Positions 1-26,325 are shown, numbered from the stretch's first letter. The stretch: DNA of 64,000 bases from Amoebidium appalachense (GCA_963693365.1 CAVNZM010000016.1:832595-896594), one strand, 5' to 3'. The notes: a model not told the origin generated them from the letters alone. Program-made: numbers and translations.

Positions 1-367
1 GCTTGCTTTCGAGGATAAGTGCCCAAAAATCAGAGGTTGTCAACTTGAAAGTTATGACGTCACAGTGGGCTTGCCACGGGTGAATTCGATATCGCATGAG
101 GGATTGTCTATGTGGATAGTTTCAATGTGTGGTGGTGGAGAGTTTTGTGTGGGTTGCAGCGTGGGCGGTAGGGTGCCTAATTTTAGGGATGCCTTTGGGT
201 AAGTGGTATGTTTATGACTTGTGTGGTGGGTGGTTTGTTTATGAATTGTGTGGTGGGTGCTTTGTTTATGACTTGTGCAATACTGTCATCAATGTGTGTC
301 TGGCATGATTTTACATGTGACATCACGGCTCAAAATACCGTAAAAGACCGCAAGTGTGCTTGTGTGT

Positions 368-430
<63 letters not shown>

Positions 431-677
431 CGTGTGTGTGTGTGTGTGTTCCTGTGTATGTCCCCCCTCCCCCCCCTCCCCCCTCCCCCCTCCCCCCACA
501 ACCCCCTTTCCCCCCTTTCCTGCCCTTTGAACCACACACAGGCAGTGTTCATGTGCACGCGCACGTAGAAAAGAGGGAAAAGAAGGTGGGTGGGGGAGGG
601 TGGGGGGGGGGGGGGGTTACAATGCGTTGGGGAGTAAGGGGGGGGGAGAAGGAAAGAAAGAAAGTATGTTTTCATAC

Positions 678-12182
<11,505 letters not shown>

Positions 12183-13457
12183 TTTCGACTTCCGTCCCTT
12201 TCACACTCCTATGAGTGCTTCTAATCTGACCTTACAGTCTCTGTTTTGTAAAGTTTTTCCGGTTATGTTTTTATCCTTCGTCGTTTCGCACACATGGGGT
12301 GAGTCACATGTGTGATCAAGTGTGTGGGCGGGATTTGTTTTTTTATGTGGACGGCACTTTTTGCCAGATCTGGCAATTACAAAACAGCACAACAAACGCA
12401 TGATATCTAGTCTATCAAACGGACGGATCTGTAGATCCTCCAAAGCATGTGGTGCACCGCGTGCGCTGGTGCGCACTTGATACCCCTGATTCCCAGCAAT
12501 AGGGATAACCAGTATATTTACAGTAAAAGAATTTTTGTATAGTGTAAATATAATAAGCCAAGAAACCGAATTAAATGCAGTGGTTTGCTGGTTTTTCACA
12601 CTGTATACGCTATAAGGCAGCCCAAGGCTATGGTCCATCCTAGTGGTCCTGACCCGGTAACTAGTAGTTTGAGTTTCCGCACATTGATTTGTCTACACAC
12701 GGCGATCTATTGAAAAGCAAAAGAGCTCAAAACCATGCGTCGGGAAGTTTTATTTATCTTTTAAGATGATCCGTTTATTCACATAAATTTACAGACTATA
12801 TTATACTTGTATCTTTATCCATGCGTCTCGGCATCTTTGTGAAATTTTATCGGATAAAAGACACAGGGCATTAGAGTCACTACCAATGTTGCTCAATTGA
12901 TCTATATAAAGAAAACCAAAACCAGGCATCAATTCGTTTCGTATCATGACATGTTCTTACCGTGCATTTTGGCGCGCATTTAGCCAACCGCAAACGCTTA
13001 AGGCCAAGTTGGGGCAGCCGCTTGCGGCGCTTGGCCGCGTAGCTGTGTTGAAAACTGCGGGGGAAAAACATAACTACAGTAAGTGCTTGGCAAAGATTCC
13101 AAACTATATGTGGCACTATCAAGAGTGCTATAGGTGATGATAATATATGGTGTAGTTGTTAGTTGGGCAAGATCTAAATATGCACATTCAAGTTAAACAT
13201 GGCCCGCTGTTTGCGAAGGGGAACACGGTTGCAACATATATTTGGTTTGGGGAAGGCCCCTGACTTCCTAACGTACGTACTGCAGGCGGCGACCAGTACA
13301 TGTCAGCAGTGCAGTGTGTAGCGTCAGCCACGCACCCACATACACACAGTGACTACACGCGCACACGAACAATCATGCACATGTGGACGCATGCTCACCC
13401 ACCAGGCTGAGCGTACACACAGGCGCGCACGCTCCCCCCCTCCCCCCGAGGCTCTCT

Positions 13458-13720
<263 letters not shown>

Positions 13721-15975
13721 CCCCCCCTCCCTCTCTTTCTTTTTCTCCCTCCCTACCTATCTCCTCCTTCCCCCCTTCCCTCCCCCCCCCCCCCCCCCCC
13801 TCCCCCACCCCACCCCTCTCTCCCCCCCTTTGTCCCTCTCCGTTGCCTCATAGTATTGCTCTTTCAAATGGATTCATTCGGCAAATAACCTAGAGATTCT
13901 CCTTTGAACCTTGCCAGTATCAGTATGGTGATGTATGTCTTGTTCCGCAGACACTTCCATTTCGAGGCTGTTCTCGCGCTCCCTTGAACTTCCCTGTTTC
14001 AGAATTGTGCGTGCCCCTCCCCGGCCTCCCCACCTCCGCACATACACAGGACGGAGAGACTTGACACACAGGAAGGGAGAAAAGAGATAGGGAAACTCAA
14101 GAAAACCCCACTCAAGAGACCCCAGAGGTTTTTTTTAAAAAAAAATAAAAAAAAAAAAAAATTTGGGGGGGGGGGGGAGGGGAGGGGAGGGGGGGAGGGA
14201 GGGGAGGGAGGGGGGAGGGGGGAGGAGGGAGGGGAAGACATTGCCGTTACAGATCTCACCAGTATGCTCCGTGTTTTGGGAGCGCAAGAGAAACGAGACT
14301 ACGTGAGCAGCAACATGTATGCAAGGTGTTTAAATGTTTAACGGACTATCAAGTAATATCAAGTAATATTGTGTACCGTGGTAGTTGTGTTGACTTGTTA
14401 ACATTTGCCACTGATTCAAGGTGCACTGCTAATGTAGCGGCTGAAAACGGGTCACTTGGAGAGTGCACAATACCGAGACATGACCGGCTCTGATGTAGCG
14501 GACGAGTCGTAGCCATAAGCAGGATGACTTGCGTCAAATAAGCTGGGTAAGATTCAAAGCCGCTTTCCCTTTCTCTTCGTTTCCATCGTTTTGTTTTCCC
14601 TTTCCTGGTTAGGGTCGCCTTCAGTGCCTTCATTTCCAACTCAGTCTGTGCAATAAGTATTATTCACATATATTCCTACTTTATTGAATCTATAAAAAAT
14701 ATTGCAGCTCCCCTATCCCCCTGCCACTGTGCTTGGTCGCTTTTAGCTAAACAGAGACACCAACACTATGCCGCATTTCTTGCAGCGGTAGCTATGTTGG
14801 AGGGGTGGGGGCTCGCCTTCTGAATGCTGCTTGTGATGAAAATTCTCTACCCTCAATTGCAAACTCAACAGTGCTATGCTGTATTTTGGATTTAACCCAG
14901 CTCCGACGGTGTAGAGAAGCTGGTGATTCACCGAATATCGATAATGTCACTGCAAAGTAGCTATCACTTGACACACAAATGAAAGTACTGCTACTAACAT
15001 GAACACATTCATGCACCCCGCACTGCCAGAAGGGGAACTAATAGCCGTCCCACCGTACTGGCTTCCTTACGTTGTATGTGGCGCGAACACACACACGCGT
15101 GCGCGTGCGCGCGCGCACACACACGCACGCACACACACACACACACAAGCACACACACACAAGCACGCACGCACCGTGACAAAACACACACACGCGCGCG
15201 TGTGCACACACACACAAAACAAACACGCACGCACGCACGCATGCGCGCACACGCACACACAGACACAATACACACGCACGCACGCAGTGTCACACACACG
15301 TACAAACACAAGCACACGCAACACAGCCAGCCTCACGCAGCCCATGTGACACTTCACATGTATACGTATACCCATACACACACCGATATTTCCTTTCCCA
15401 CGAATGGATGTTTGTACAGAGTCACAGCAGCACACACAAATCTGAAGACATGGCAACTATTTGGCAATCACACGTGTGAAGGACATCGCTTCCGCCCCTT
15501 TTCTCGGACCTCAACCCACGGCATTCAGCTGCAAGTACTTTGTTAGGTCAACTTCAAGACTTTGTGTTACGGTGTCAACACAGTGTGTCGTCGTGTATAT
15601 CACCAACCAAGGGGTCACCCCTTCAAGCTCTGCCAGCCGAGCTCGCAGACTCTCAGAGTGGGCAGCACAAATGTGTGACAGTCGTTTATCCTTAGGAATG
15701 CGGCAATAGAGCAGCTGTGGAATGTATCCGCAACACCCAATCAACTTGCTTTTTGGGCCGGAACCCCGGACACACGGAGTCATGATGTGCTAACGCGCGG
15801 CACGGTTTTAGCTGTTGTGTTCTGACAGATATTCAATGGACAACGGAAAATTAGAAGCTCGCAATGATTTTCATATTTTTCCTTGCTTATTCGGTTAATT
15901 CTGGTAGGTGCTTTGCCACAGCCTGTCAAGTAGGCCAGAGTCTGGGTCCTGTTACAAGTAGAGTCGGGTACCCCA

Positions 15976-16305
15976 CAGAGATGGAGCGGTCTAGTCTAGT
16001 CAGCCCGGACTAGCCCGAAAAGCATTCGGGTTGGGGCTGACTAGCCCAGCCCGGAAACTAAACGGGTTGAGCTAGGGGTGTTTGGGCTGGGACCCCCCTC
16101 TCACCCCCCTCACCCACCATATAGCAACCCCCCAGGAGATTAAAACCTCCCTTAAAACCCCCCTTCTTATATGTCATTTACGCAAACAGACCTGCCATAT
16201 TACGGTAGGCCAGCTGGCCCAACCCAACCCATTTCCAGCCCGAAACTTTTGCGGGTTCGGCTGACCCAGCCCTAGACCGGCCCAAAACCCGCCGCACCAT
16301 CTCTG
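15976..16305. mobile_element. 330-bp MITE, hAT-like
   Basis: TIRs CAGAGATGGAGCGG and CCGCACCATCTCTG match at 13/14. The 8-bp TSD is gtacccca (15968-15975) / gtaccccg (16306-16313), 7/8. Multiple subterminal AGCCC/GACCC motifs. CAG-start TIRs with an 8-bp TSD are typical of hAT elements. Confidence 0.8.
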
Positions 16306-17068
16306 GTACCCCGGCTTCTATAACCAGGTACGATTAGATACTTATCACACAATAGCATAGCCGCTACTTTAAGCTCATTTTATTGGTGTGCGCCGACAGC
16401 GCCCCAGGCTGATCAGTGATCGGGTACGTAGTCTATACAAGTACCCTAACTCGGCATCTTTACACATTTGTTTTTATTTTTGCGGCACATAAGATTCTTT
16501 CGTGACGTCATTATGTCATTACGCAGACTAATTTTTAGCCGATCCCAAACGGTGCTTTTTCTGGTGATTTCCATCCATCCATTCGACAGTGTGTCAGTGC
16601 TGGAAAACTGTGTCACTGAATGGACGTTTTATCTATGTTTTCACTTTTTACTCTATACTCGTGTCACCCCTTATCTAATACCCATTACTACCTTGGTGTA
16701 CGTTTAGCTTTACTTCTGAACAGCGTAGGTCTAGTCAGGGCTCTCAAACATCCCATTTCTAAAGGTACACAGTGACAAAACCAAAAACGTCTTTTGATCT
16801 CGCACTTAGCTTCTTTCTGACAAGGGAGCTGTCTTGACATTCACAGACATATACATATAGTAAATTCACACTAAGCATTATAACCACTACACACAGTAAG
16901 CCTAACAGTGTACCCTCGGAAGCTTTGCGGACCAGAGAATGCACTAAGCAACGTATGTTTTGTGGGCCCAACAAACGCCAACCTCAAATCACTAAATGCC
17001 TACACACAGGGCTTTCCACACACAACCCAAAACTCTTTCCATTATAGAAGATAACACTCAGTTTCAAC

Positions 17069-17822
17069 ATGTGCCAACAACAAACCATGGCTGAAAGAAT
17101 TGCAGTTCATCCCATGTCAGGACGACCGGAGTCGAAAAATTCTCCGTCCCCAGGTAGCTGAGGCACATGCTCGTTTTGCCGCGCTCAGGCAACAACTGTA
17201 CGGGGAAAATGGGGGCTTGTACGTTATCACCAGTACACTCGCAGTGCAACCGTGTGTTCCCAAACCACGCGACGCACCAACAATAAACATTCCTACGGTG
17301 AGCGCGCCGGCGCACCAGGCAAAAGAAAACCATCAGCCACATACAGCGCACGAGAGAAGGACAACACTACATGACAAGGTGGGAAAGGTGTGTTTGAAGC
17401 AGTTGCAGAAGGGCGGTGCCCTAGGATTAGCGCGAGTTGCACCGCAGGAGGCGACTGGTAAACCAATGGTACTTTATGCCACTAGTCCCAATCTCAGCCG
17501 AGACAAAAAGGGGCTATCGGCATTGGTGAGAATGGACTCGTCAATTACGAAGAGTTCCCCGGTAATTTGTAATTCCTTGAGTAATCGCGACGTACGCAGT
17601 CCAAATTCTCTTGATGGAGCGTTTGAGGATTGGACGAATGGAGACGTGGCTGCGACACAGAGAATGAGGCGCAATCTTGGTGATCCATATGAAGGTGCTG
17701 GGGAGGAGGAGGAGGAGGGGGCGGTAAAACATGAGGAGGGGATGGTGTTTTTTGAGAGCGATAGGAGAGCGGCTGTGGTGTGGAAGAGGGTGAGAAAGAT
17801 GCTGTTGGGGCTGAAACCATAA
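17069..17822 (+). CDS. Hypothetical protein; 240-codon open frame with uncertain start (possible short first exon from ATG 17069 or 17087)
   Basis: Open frame 17100-17822 is not low-complexity and has an acidic patch near the C-terminus. There is no in-frame ATG at its 5' end and I recognise no domain. Confidence 0.4.
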
Positions 17823-18257
17823 CCGATAACTCATTGATTATGGCCATGATGTATTTTGTATAATTGTAAGGCAGTTGTGGTGCCAGTTTTTAGACATGTT
17901 TTTGTCATTCACTCCTATATGTCGAATGAATCTCCTGTAAGAGAGGCTATTGTTGTACATAACTGCAATCGTAGAAAGTGAATCAACACGCTAACTTAAA
18001 CAGCACATCCCCCCCCTAACTTTAATAGTGCTCTGTTTGCCGTGTCCAAAATCTTGAAATTCTTAACAATTTAGAATACAAACCGGGAGTTATGGATTCG
18101 TTTGGTGCTCTATGTTTACTGAGATGAGAGCCCAGAGTGGTTGACTGTTATCCTCTAGACATTCGGAATGTACATAAATGGTATATCGTTTTTAAAGAAC
18201 TAGTGCAATCGTTATATATTGAGAGAGAGATATGTAGTGGGGGGGGGGTGGATTGAA

Positions 18258-18291
<34 letters not shown>

Positions 18292-19082
18292 AAGCAAAAA
18301 ATATGTAAATACTTCAAAGCTGCTGACTTGTACATATCGGGACTAAATTACTGTCTGGATATGTCTGGAAATTCTGTCTGGATATATATCTACCTTACTG
18401 GTGCATATCTGTGCGAAATTTCTTAAAAGAAGCACGAAAGTGTGTCCCAACTGGCCTGGGGTACTTGCGAAAATGGAGGATTTAACGTGAAAGTGTACAT
18501 GATGTTGCTATTCTTGGCCGGGTAGTAAACGCTATCTACTTAAATGGACCAATTATCACTGGGCATATACCGCTTTCAACATTTTTGGGGGGGGGGAGAA
18601 GGGGGTATTAGAGAGAGAGCATCCTCCTTCCTGGGGGTTCTCGTATATTATTTGCAGAGATCTAGAACAATTTCACATTCTATTTATGAAAAGTAAAACA
18701 CGTGCAATGGCGCCCTGAGTCAAGACGGGTTTCATATGATTTACTGAATCTCGGTTTTTCGTGAAAGAACGTGGTGTTGAGTGGGCACCGTTGGGAACTT
18801 GCTCCTTTGCATCAGACTTTGCAGAACCAATCATATCCGAGAAAACAGTACCATATATGGTAGTAATCCTAGTTGCGTGGCTGACGACCATTAATCCGTT
18901 CGATTCTTTAAACTGACACGGAGACTGTGGAGCCTCGGACTCCCTTTAGATGTCTTCGAAGGTGAAATTGTAAGGTTGGCCGTGGAGGTGTTTGGGAGGG
19001 GGGTGGAGGTGGGAGGGGAGGGGGGAGGACGGGGAGACTTCGAGTAAAAGAAACGGGAGGCTCATGAAGGGTGCGGCTGCGG

Positions 19083-19128
<46 letters not shown>

Positions 19129-19426
19129 AGAGGAGGAAGACAATTGCCATCATAAGGCCTCAGTGCCTTTTTAATGGTCTGAAATCCGATCCGGGATATA
19201 AATTTGTGGGTTGGTGAGTACCGTGTAGGTGGTGTGGCCACGTAGAAGGGGTGCACAGCATGTGTGGGCCCGGGGGAGGGGGGAGGGGGGAGGGGGGACT
19301 TAGAGGGGTGTTAGGCAGAATGGCTATTGAATTGTGGGGGGGAGGGGGGGGAGGGAGACGTATCAAATATCAAAATCATATGTTTACATGAACCGGGGGC
19401 CTGGGGGCGGAAGCGGGGGAGGGGAA

Positions 19427-19462
<36 letters not shown>

Positions 19463-19904
19463 AGTATACTCTACCGGGAAGCTGAGGGGTTCTGGTTTTT
19501 GATTGGTTTTATGCGGCATCGTATACATATTGCCAAAATTGGACAGTCAACTTGAAGCCTTGGCGGCTCAGAATGATTAAACTTGAAAGTCGGGCGACAG
19601 TTATTTGAACTGGGTTTGGTTGAGTGATTTAAAAATACTCCATTTCTGTTTGGCATGGCCTGGTTTATACCGATGGGTTAGGTTTATAATTATATTAATT
19701 ATAGGTTTATTTTACAGGTTTATGAATTGCCAAATTCGTGTGTGTTCACGTGCCCTGCATGAACTAAGCATTATAGAATTCCCCGAGTTTGACAAAAGTT
19801 CCTCAGTTTAGAATTCACTGAATGATTCATGAATTTAAAACTTTCGGGGCCAAGAAACGATTCTGCTTGTGCTTGCATGCGTGTGGGCCAAATACTATAA
19901 AGGA

Positions 19905-19939
<35 letters not shown>

Positions 19940-19943
19940 AGAA

Positions 19944-20014
<71 letters not shown>

Positions 20015-20286
20015 GCAGTTTTGAAAAGGTGCGGGCGGGGCCCCAGGACTTGAAGCGGTTCTTTTAGGTAACATTTGAGTAAGTGAGCGAAGCACCCCAC
20101 AAGTGCCTTGAGTATTAAACTTCTTAAAACACTGTAGAACACTTTAAAAACACTTCACCATCATCAAACCGGCAAATCGAAAGTGAACGAGGCAGCCGTG
20201 GAAGCAAAATGTGGAAGGGGCAGAGGAAGGGGATGGTGGGGCTTTTGAGGGTGCTGTGGTGGGCGGGAGGGGGGGGAGGGGGGGGG

Positions 20287-20326
<40 letters not shown>

Positions 20327-20352
20327 AACGGTTTTCAAAGTCACGTGTGTGT

Positions 20353-20418
<66 letters not shown>

Positions 20419-20613
20419 ACAGGCTGTGTGTGTGTGTTTGTGTGTGTGTCTCGGTGCCTGTGTGTGCGAGGTAAGGCGCGAATTCAACGGTGTGGCTTTT
20501 ACTAAAAAGGCAGTTTTCAGTGGCAAAGATGTCTCTGAATTCGAACTCTTCAATGTGCTTGTGTGTATGGTATAGAGTTGATGGGGGCGCGTGCCCGGCA
20601 GGTGTGTGTGTGT

Positions 20614-20649
<36 letters not shown>

Positions 20650-20841
20650 TGAATGCGTCAAAAAGTACGAAGTACACAAGAACAAGCGGGGGGGGGGGGG
20701 GGGGGGGGGGGGGAGGGCCTAAATTGCAACGAGCAGCACCACGGAAACACGGATTTCCAACCAGATTTAGTTAGCGGTTGAAATATACATAGGTCATGAT
20801 ATTTGGTGGTGGTGGTGTCACGTGTGTGTGTGTGTGTCTGT

Positions 20842-20880
<39 letters not shown>

Positions 20881-21020
20881 CGCGTGTGTGTATGTGTATG
20901 TGTGTGTGTTTGGTGTGCGAACAGTACAAGGTGTGTGCGAGTGTGCGAGTGAGTGAGTGAGTGAGTGAGTGAGTGAGTGTGTTGGGGGGGGGGGGGGGGG
21001 GGGGAAGAGGGGGGGAGAGA

Positions 21021-21061
<41 letters not shown>

Positions 21062-21608
21062 ATGGTTGTCTAAACTTGCTGCAGCTGGAGTTTTTTAATG
21101 AATTTATGTAACGAATTCGTCATTATTCGAAAAAGAGGGTGGTGAAGTGCCTCAACGATTTAAGATGCTACGCGCCAACAACACCATGGCGAGAAGATGA
21201 AATGTGGCTATTAAAAACTCTCCTTTCTGGGCCATCTAGATCTATGCTGTACCGTGCGTATGCGTTAAAAACTTTTTAAGTTATTTTATATTTAAATATC
21301 ACGCCAGCTGTTTGCGTCTGCAGCTTGACACAGTATGTGGGTTAGTTGACAATTCAAGTATGTTGTGCAGTGAACGTGTGCTAAAAGAATCATTAATTAG
21401 TCATATACGGAGAAAAGAGCCTCGCTCCTCATACGAAGCTACGAACTTTGACCGGCCGATGGATACCACCCAAAACACAACACATGGAGTAACCAAAATC
21501 CCCCCCCCACCCCCCTCGCCCCTCTTCCCCCCAAACATCCCTGAAAAGCACCATTCTTTGCAGAACTATTATATCCACTAGAGTCTAAATTTTTTTTTAA
21601 AAAAGGCA

Positions 21609-23043
21609 TCATTCGACAGACCTCTGGGCATCCCCTTGCCCGTGCGATTTCGCCCTCCCTCTTACCCCACCCGCCGCATTCGAACCATCCATGGCATGTG
21701 CCTCGACATGCGCACCCACCGTTGTTTCATCCGTTGCACCCGTAGTGACATCCTTGTGTTCCGAAGGCGCAAACAACCCACCGAGAAAACTGGAACGGTC
21801 TATGGTAGTAAAACCACGCTTGCGCCTGGGTGCGACTTTCCCTTGGCCGGGGCTACATGGCGTCGATATTACGGCTGCCTGTGCGTTCGCATCCTCCGAG
21901 TTGGGGGTTAAAAACGATGCCATACCCCCTGCGCTTGGTCGCCGTTGATGCGGCTGGGTTACAGGGGATGCGTATGCTTGTGCTGCTGCTTGCATCGGCA
22001 CCCCTGTTTCGTCTACTGATTGGGTTGATGCGGCTGGAGTTGAACACATGCCTGTTGATAGAATGGGTGCTAACGCCACCCCCGAAACGGACACAACGTG
22101 CGGCACAGTTGGTTGCTCCTCGGAGCTAGTACTTGCCACTGCGGCCATATTTAAGTTTTCGTTTGATTGGGATGCGAGCGAAAACTCCTTCGAGGGCGTA
22201 TCAATAATAGTGTTTAGTGATGACCCATTCAGAATAGGGCGCCGATGCAAAACTTTGCACGGAAGGGGTAAATACGGGACTGTTACCAGTAGTCTGAAGA
22301 GAATCGACTGATGATGCCCCGCTCATTGTTCCTGCCAACACGTTAATAAGTGACCGCCGTCGCTGATTCGTAACTGGACTGGGCCCTAGCTCCGATCTTC
22401 GAGGACCCAAAGGCCCTCCATTGGGGGACGAAAGGGGAGAAGCAGAAGCAGGAGTTGTGTTCGTTGTTGACCCGCCCAATGTTTGCTCTCCGTTTGGTGA
22501 GTCCGTACCCGAACTGGAAGAAAGAAGCCGGCGGATAACTTTCGATGTGGAGGTCGATGAGGACCGCATCCTCCCCCCCAACGATTTGATCTTATTCACG
22601 GGATCCTTGTCGTCACCGACAGTGGGAAGGTTCGTTTGCGAAATAGATGGGCTTATGCTTGAAAGCGATGCAACATTGGAGATCCCGCTTGAAACAGTCG
22701 TCGTTTGGCTGTTTGCGCTTGCTGCTTGCAAGAGCGCTTGTCTCCGTGCTTCAGCCTCAACTTTCAAGTCCGAAAATTCCTTTTCTTTCTTGGACAATTC
22801 ATGATTGAGTCGGGATATAACGACTGATTTTTCGTCTAGCTGCATGGAGAACGAGTTTGCCTGCTCCTCTGCTAGTTGAAGTGCGTCCAGCAACTCCGCC
22901 TTTGTCCGTTGCAGATGTGTTATTAGAATTAGGCTGCGTTTTGCTGCAGCTTCATAACGATCGATCGTTTCTTGCTGTTTCTCACATAGCTGTTTCAGGT
23001 TGGCATTTTCTGACATAAGGTCAGTAGCATCTGACTCGGACAT
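21609..23043 (-). CDS. Hypothetical protein with an N-terminal coiled coil and a long Ser/Pro-rich disordered region; two ORFs probably joined by a 34-nt intron (22253-22286)
   Basis: ATG at 23043 is followed by a heptad-rich E/K/Q/L segment (ENANLKQLCEKQQETIDRYE...ELSKKEKEFSDLKVEAEARRQALLQ). ORFs 22201-23043 and 21609-22250 differ by +1, and removing GTAACA...GCAAAG (34 nt) restores the frame. The 3' end may splice onward from AG|GTCTGT near 21620. Confidence 0.65.
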
Positions 23044-24861
23044 TTTTGTTTGGCGAAGAACGTGGTAATAAGATTTAGAAGCAGGTACTTATTTATGGGT
23101 AGAAAGAATTGAAAAACTAAAGACAATGTGCTATCTGTATGAGGGTGGGAAGTGGCCGAGAGGATTGCATTATAGTCAACAAGCGAAAGGTCAGTTGACG
23201 GTGGGAAGCAGCAAAATGACATTAAGTTACGGAAGTTAGTGTACTTGTGTTGCATCAGATCACTTATATAAACTTGTATAAGTGAACCTGCCGCAGCTAC
23301 TTATACACAACCAGAACATAAAACGCGTGTATAATTAGAAGGAGACTAGCTGTTGCAAGGCTCAGATTGAAAGGGCCTTCTGCGAATTCACCACGCTTGA
23401 CTGTTAGAGGCTCACGAACTTGAAGGGTGTGTTAATAACAGGTATTATGCTATAATACCACATTTAATTCTTAATGAATCCTATACAAGGATTTGCATTT
23501 GCTTTAATCTTGCCGAAAACATGAAACCGGACTCCATTGCAAACAACACACACGGCACAAAAAACTTGGTTCTAAAAAACTGAAATGCCGGGTGCGTCGA
23601 CGTTGCTGTGCGTGATCTGAAACGAATCAAAACGTGTCAAAACAATGCTATAGGAAGAATAGGAACGCCTTGAGATTTGATAGAGCGTAGCATTTGTGTT
23701 TATGAGTAAAAATAATAAAATATAACATTTTTGAAATTTATTTTTGTTGAAAATACTGTTACTATGCCATAAAGGTATGAACATTACACTAGGCATTCAG
23801 CCGTGCTGACTGATTGCCTAGTCAGCTCGAAGTAGTTGGTGCAATTTGAACCAATCATTCTCTCCAAGTGGTGAGCTCTTACCCAATCATTGCTGGCCAC
23901 AGTGCAACACAAATCCATTGTCGAGAGAGCGAGCTCGAGACTGAGAGGAGCCTGATACGAGCTCGCCGCAGTGAGAGGAGCCTGGGCCCGGGTACCATAT
24001 CAGGAGCGGGCAATTTTTGAATTCTCCCTCCCCGGCCCCGCCGGGGAAAATTTGAGGTTTTTGGACCTCAAAGAAGTCAAATCCTGCAAAATCCACTACC
24101 GGGAGGCCAAAAAGGGTGATTTTACAAAAAAGGAGGGACATACATGAAAAAGAGAAAATGGGCGAGTTCAGTGGGCTGCCGATAAGTATATTTCGTGCTG
24201 GGCCGGTATACATGCTGCCGTGGTTGTTGCTGTAGACGGCAGTATGGCATCGCATGTGTCACGTGACCTGCACGTGAATGCGACCATGTGCAGGCACTGA
24301 GTCTAGGGGGATTTGTATGTGTGTTTTGGAGCACCGACAAGGCAGAGCCAGGGTGAGGGATGTGTAAACATGGAGTTTAGGGAGATCGTGCTGCTATTGT
24401 AACATGTGCACAAAACAGCCACGTGCACCGGCACACTCCGGTGTACAGAACAATAATATGCACATGCGTCACTGTAATATCATGTATGCGCATGCCGCAC
24501 AAGGTTTAGGAGACCACCACAGTATATACTATTTTCTTTTGGTTGATATCCATGTAGGAATGGTGTGTTGCAGTTGTCATGATCAGCCTGAGGCAGGCAC
24601 GTGCACTCACTGAATCACTAGAACTCATGAATAAAAAATACATTCGCTAAAAACGGCAAGGTAAATTTGGGGCCAAGCTATTATTTCCCCCTTTTAAACG
24701 TTTTTTTAGCTCCAAGAACTTCGACGCCAAAATTTCTATATTTGGCCATCGTATATGATAATGAACACGTGTACTTAAATTAAAGTAGTTATATAAATAT
24801 GAGCGGCCCGTTACAAATACAGTGACGAAAAACAGTGACCCACGAGCAGTTTTTCTTTCTA

Positions 24862-24910
<49 letters not shown>

Positions 24911-26110
24911 ACACACACCAGACACACACACCACCACCACGGTGACCACCACCACCACCACCACCACCACTCACCCCTTAAAAAAACCACACACATACGT
25001 GCACGTGTACACACACACACAGAACACCACCACCACCTCCACTGGACCCCATTTCCTCGTTGTTTTCTTAAGCCTTCAGACCAGTCCTGCACACTGGAGT
25101 TAAACAATTGAATTCACCTAGGCTGACATGCATCCACCCCCGCCTTCCACTTCCCCCTCCCCCCCACCCCCTCCCCCCACCCCCCCACCCCCCACCCCCT
25201 CCCCCTCGATGAAGAAGGGCCCCCGTAAGCCTTGGGGGGGGGGGGGGGGGAAGGGGAAGGGGGGAGCTCTTGAGCCTCCGGGTAGGGAAGTGGGGTCCGG
25301 GGATCCGGAGAGGAGGGGGGGGGGGGGGGGGGAAGGGGCATATAATATTGGGCCTAGATATCATAGTATGGGGCCCCGGGGGAGGGAGAGGTGGGGGGGG
25401 GAGGGGGGAGGATCCACGGGAAAGACCTTTAGGTGCATGTTCTTATTTATACCCCCTTCGAATCATCCCCCCTCCCCCTCCCCCCCCCCTCCCCCCCCTG
25501 AGTGCAGGCCGTGACGTAGCTACGATAACCCTGCAGAAGGCAACAAAAATGTATTAATTACTAGCACTATACATGTGTTCATAGTGCAGCTTGCACCACG
25601 TATGATCTCAGCAACTTTAAAGTAGTCACAAAGTTTAGTTATTTTCATTATTTTCATTGCTCTGAACTCTATTACTCTGAAATGATCACCGTGCATGTGC
25701 CGCAAGATAACAACCCTATATGTGTGCAGCTGCTGCCTGCAGGTTAGACTCGCTGAAAAGACAATTGTCAGTGTGCATCCGACGCTTGCAGCTGCAGCTA
25801 GCCTCTGCAACATTAATACTTGCCAAGTGAATGCTCTTACACTTGATCATCATTCACTCAAAAAACCGAGGACCGACAGATTAAATATTAATGTCGATCC
25901 GAATGATCAGCAAGTGTCTATGCGTACTACTATATATACACACACGTAAAATGCGAAGCTATCAGTTACAAGGCACACCTGCTGCACTGGCACACATACA
26001 CATACACACCGGCAGATCGATGCTGTCAAAATTTACTTTCATGTACTTCGTAGGTCCGACACAGGTGCACATGAACACGTACATATGTACAAGCCGCGCA
26101 CACACCACAC

Positions 26111-26156
<46 letters not shown>

Positions 26157-26226
26157 CGCACACACGCACACACGCACACACGCACGCACGCACGCACACA
26201 CACACACACACGCACGCACGCGCGCG

Positions 26227-26325
<99 letters not shown>

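Noticed and set aside
16736-18132. hAT-like start CAGGGCTCTCAAAC with a partial partner TGAGAGCCCAG around the orphan ORF
   Set aside because: Only ~9 bp match, the terminus is imperfect and there is no TSD.
18300-20560. Complex fragments that might be a decayed retroelement or downstream exons of the coiled-coil gene
   Set aside because: All frames contain stops and I recognise no diagnostic motif.
23898-23904. CACAGTG heptamer (Transib/RSS-like) near the left end of the large element
   Set aside because: No matching inverted partner or 5-bp TSD was found, and the encoded protein is not Transib/RAG-like.
24593-25512. Possible nested P-like element ending ...GAGTGCAGGCCGTG inside the large transposon
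   Set aside because: The left partner matches only loosely and there is no TSD.
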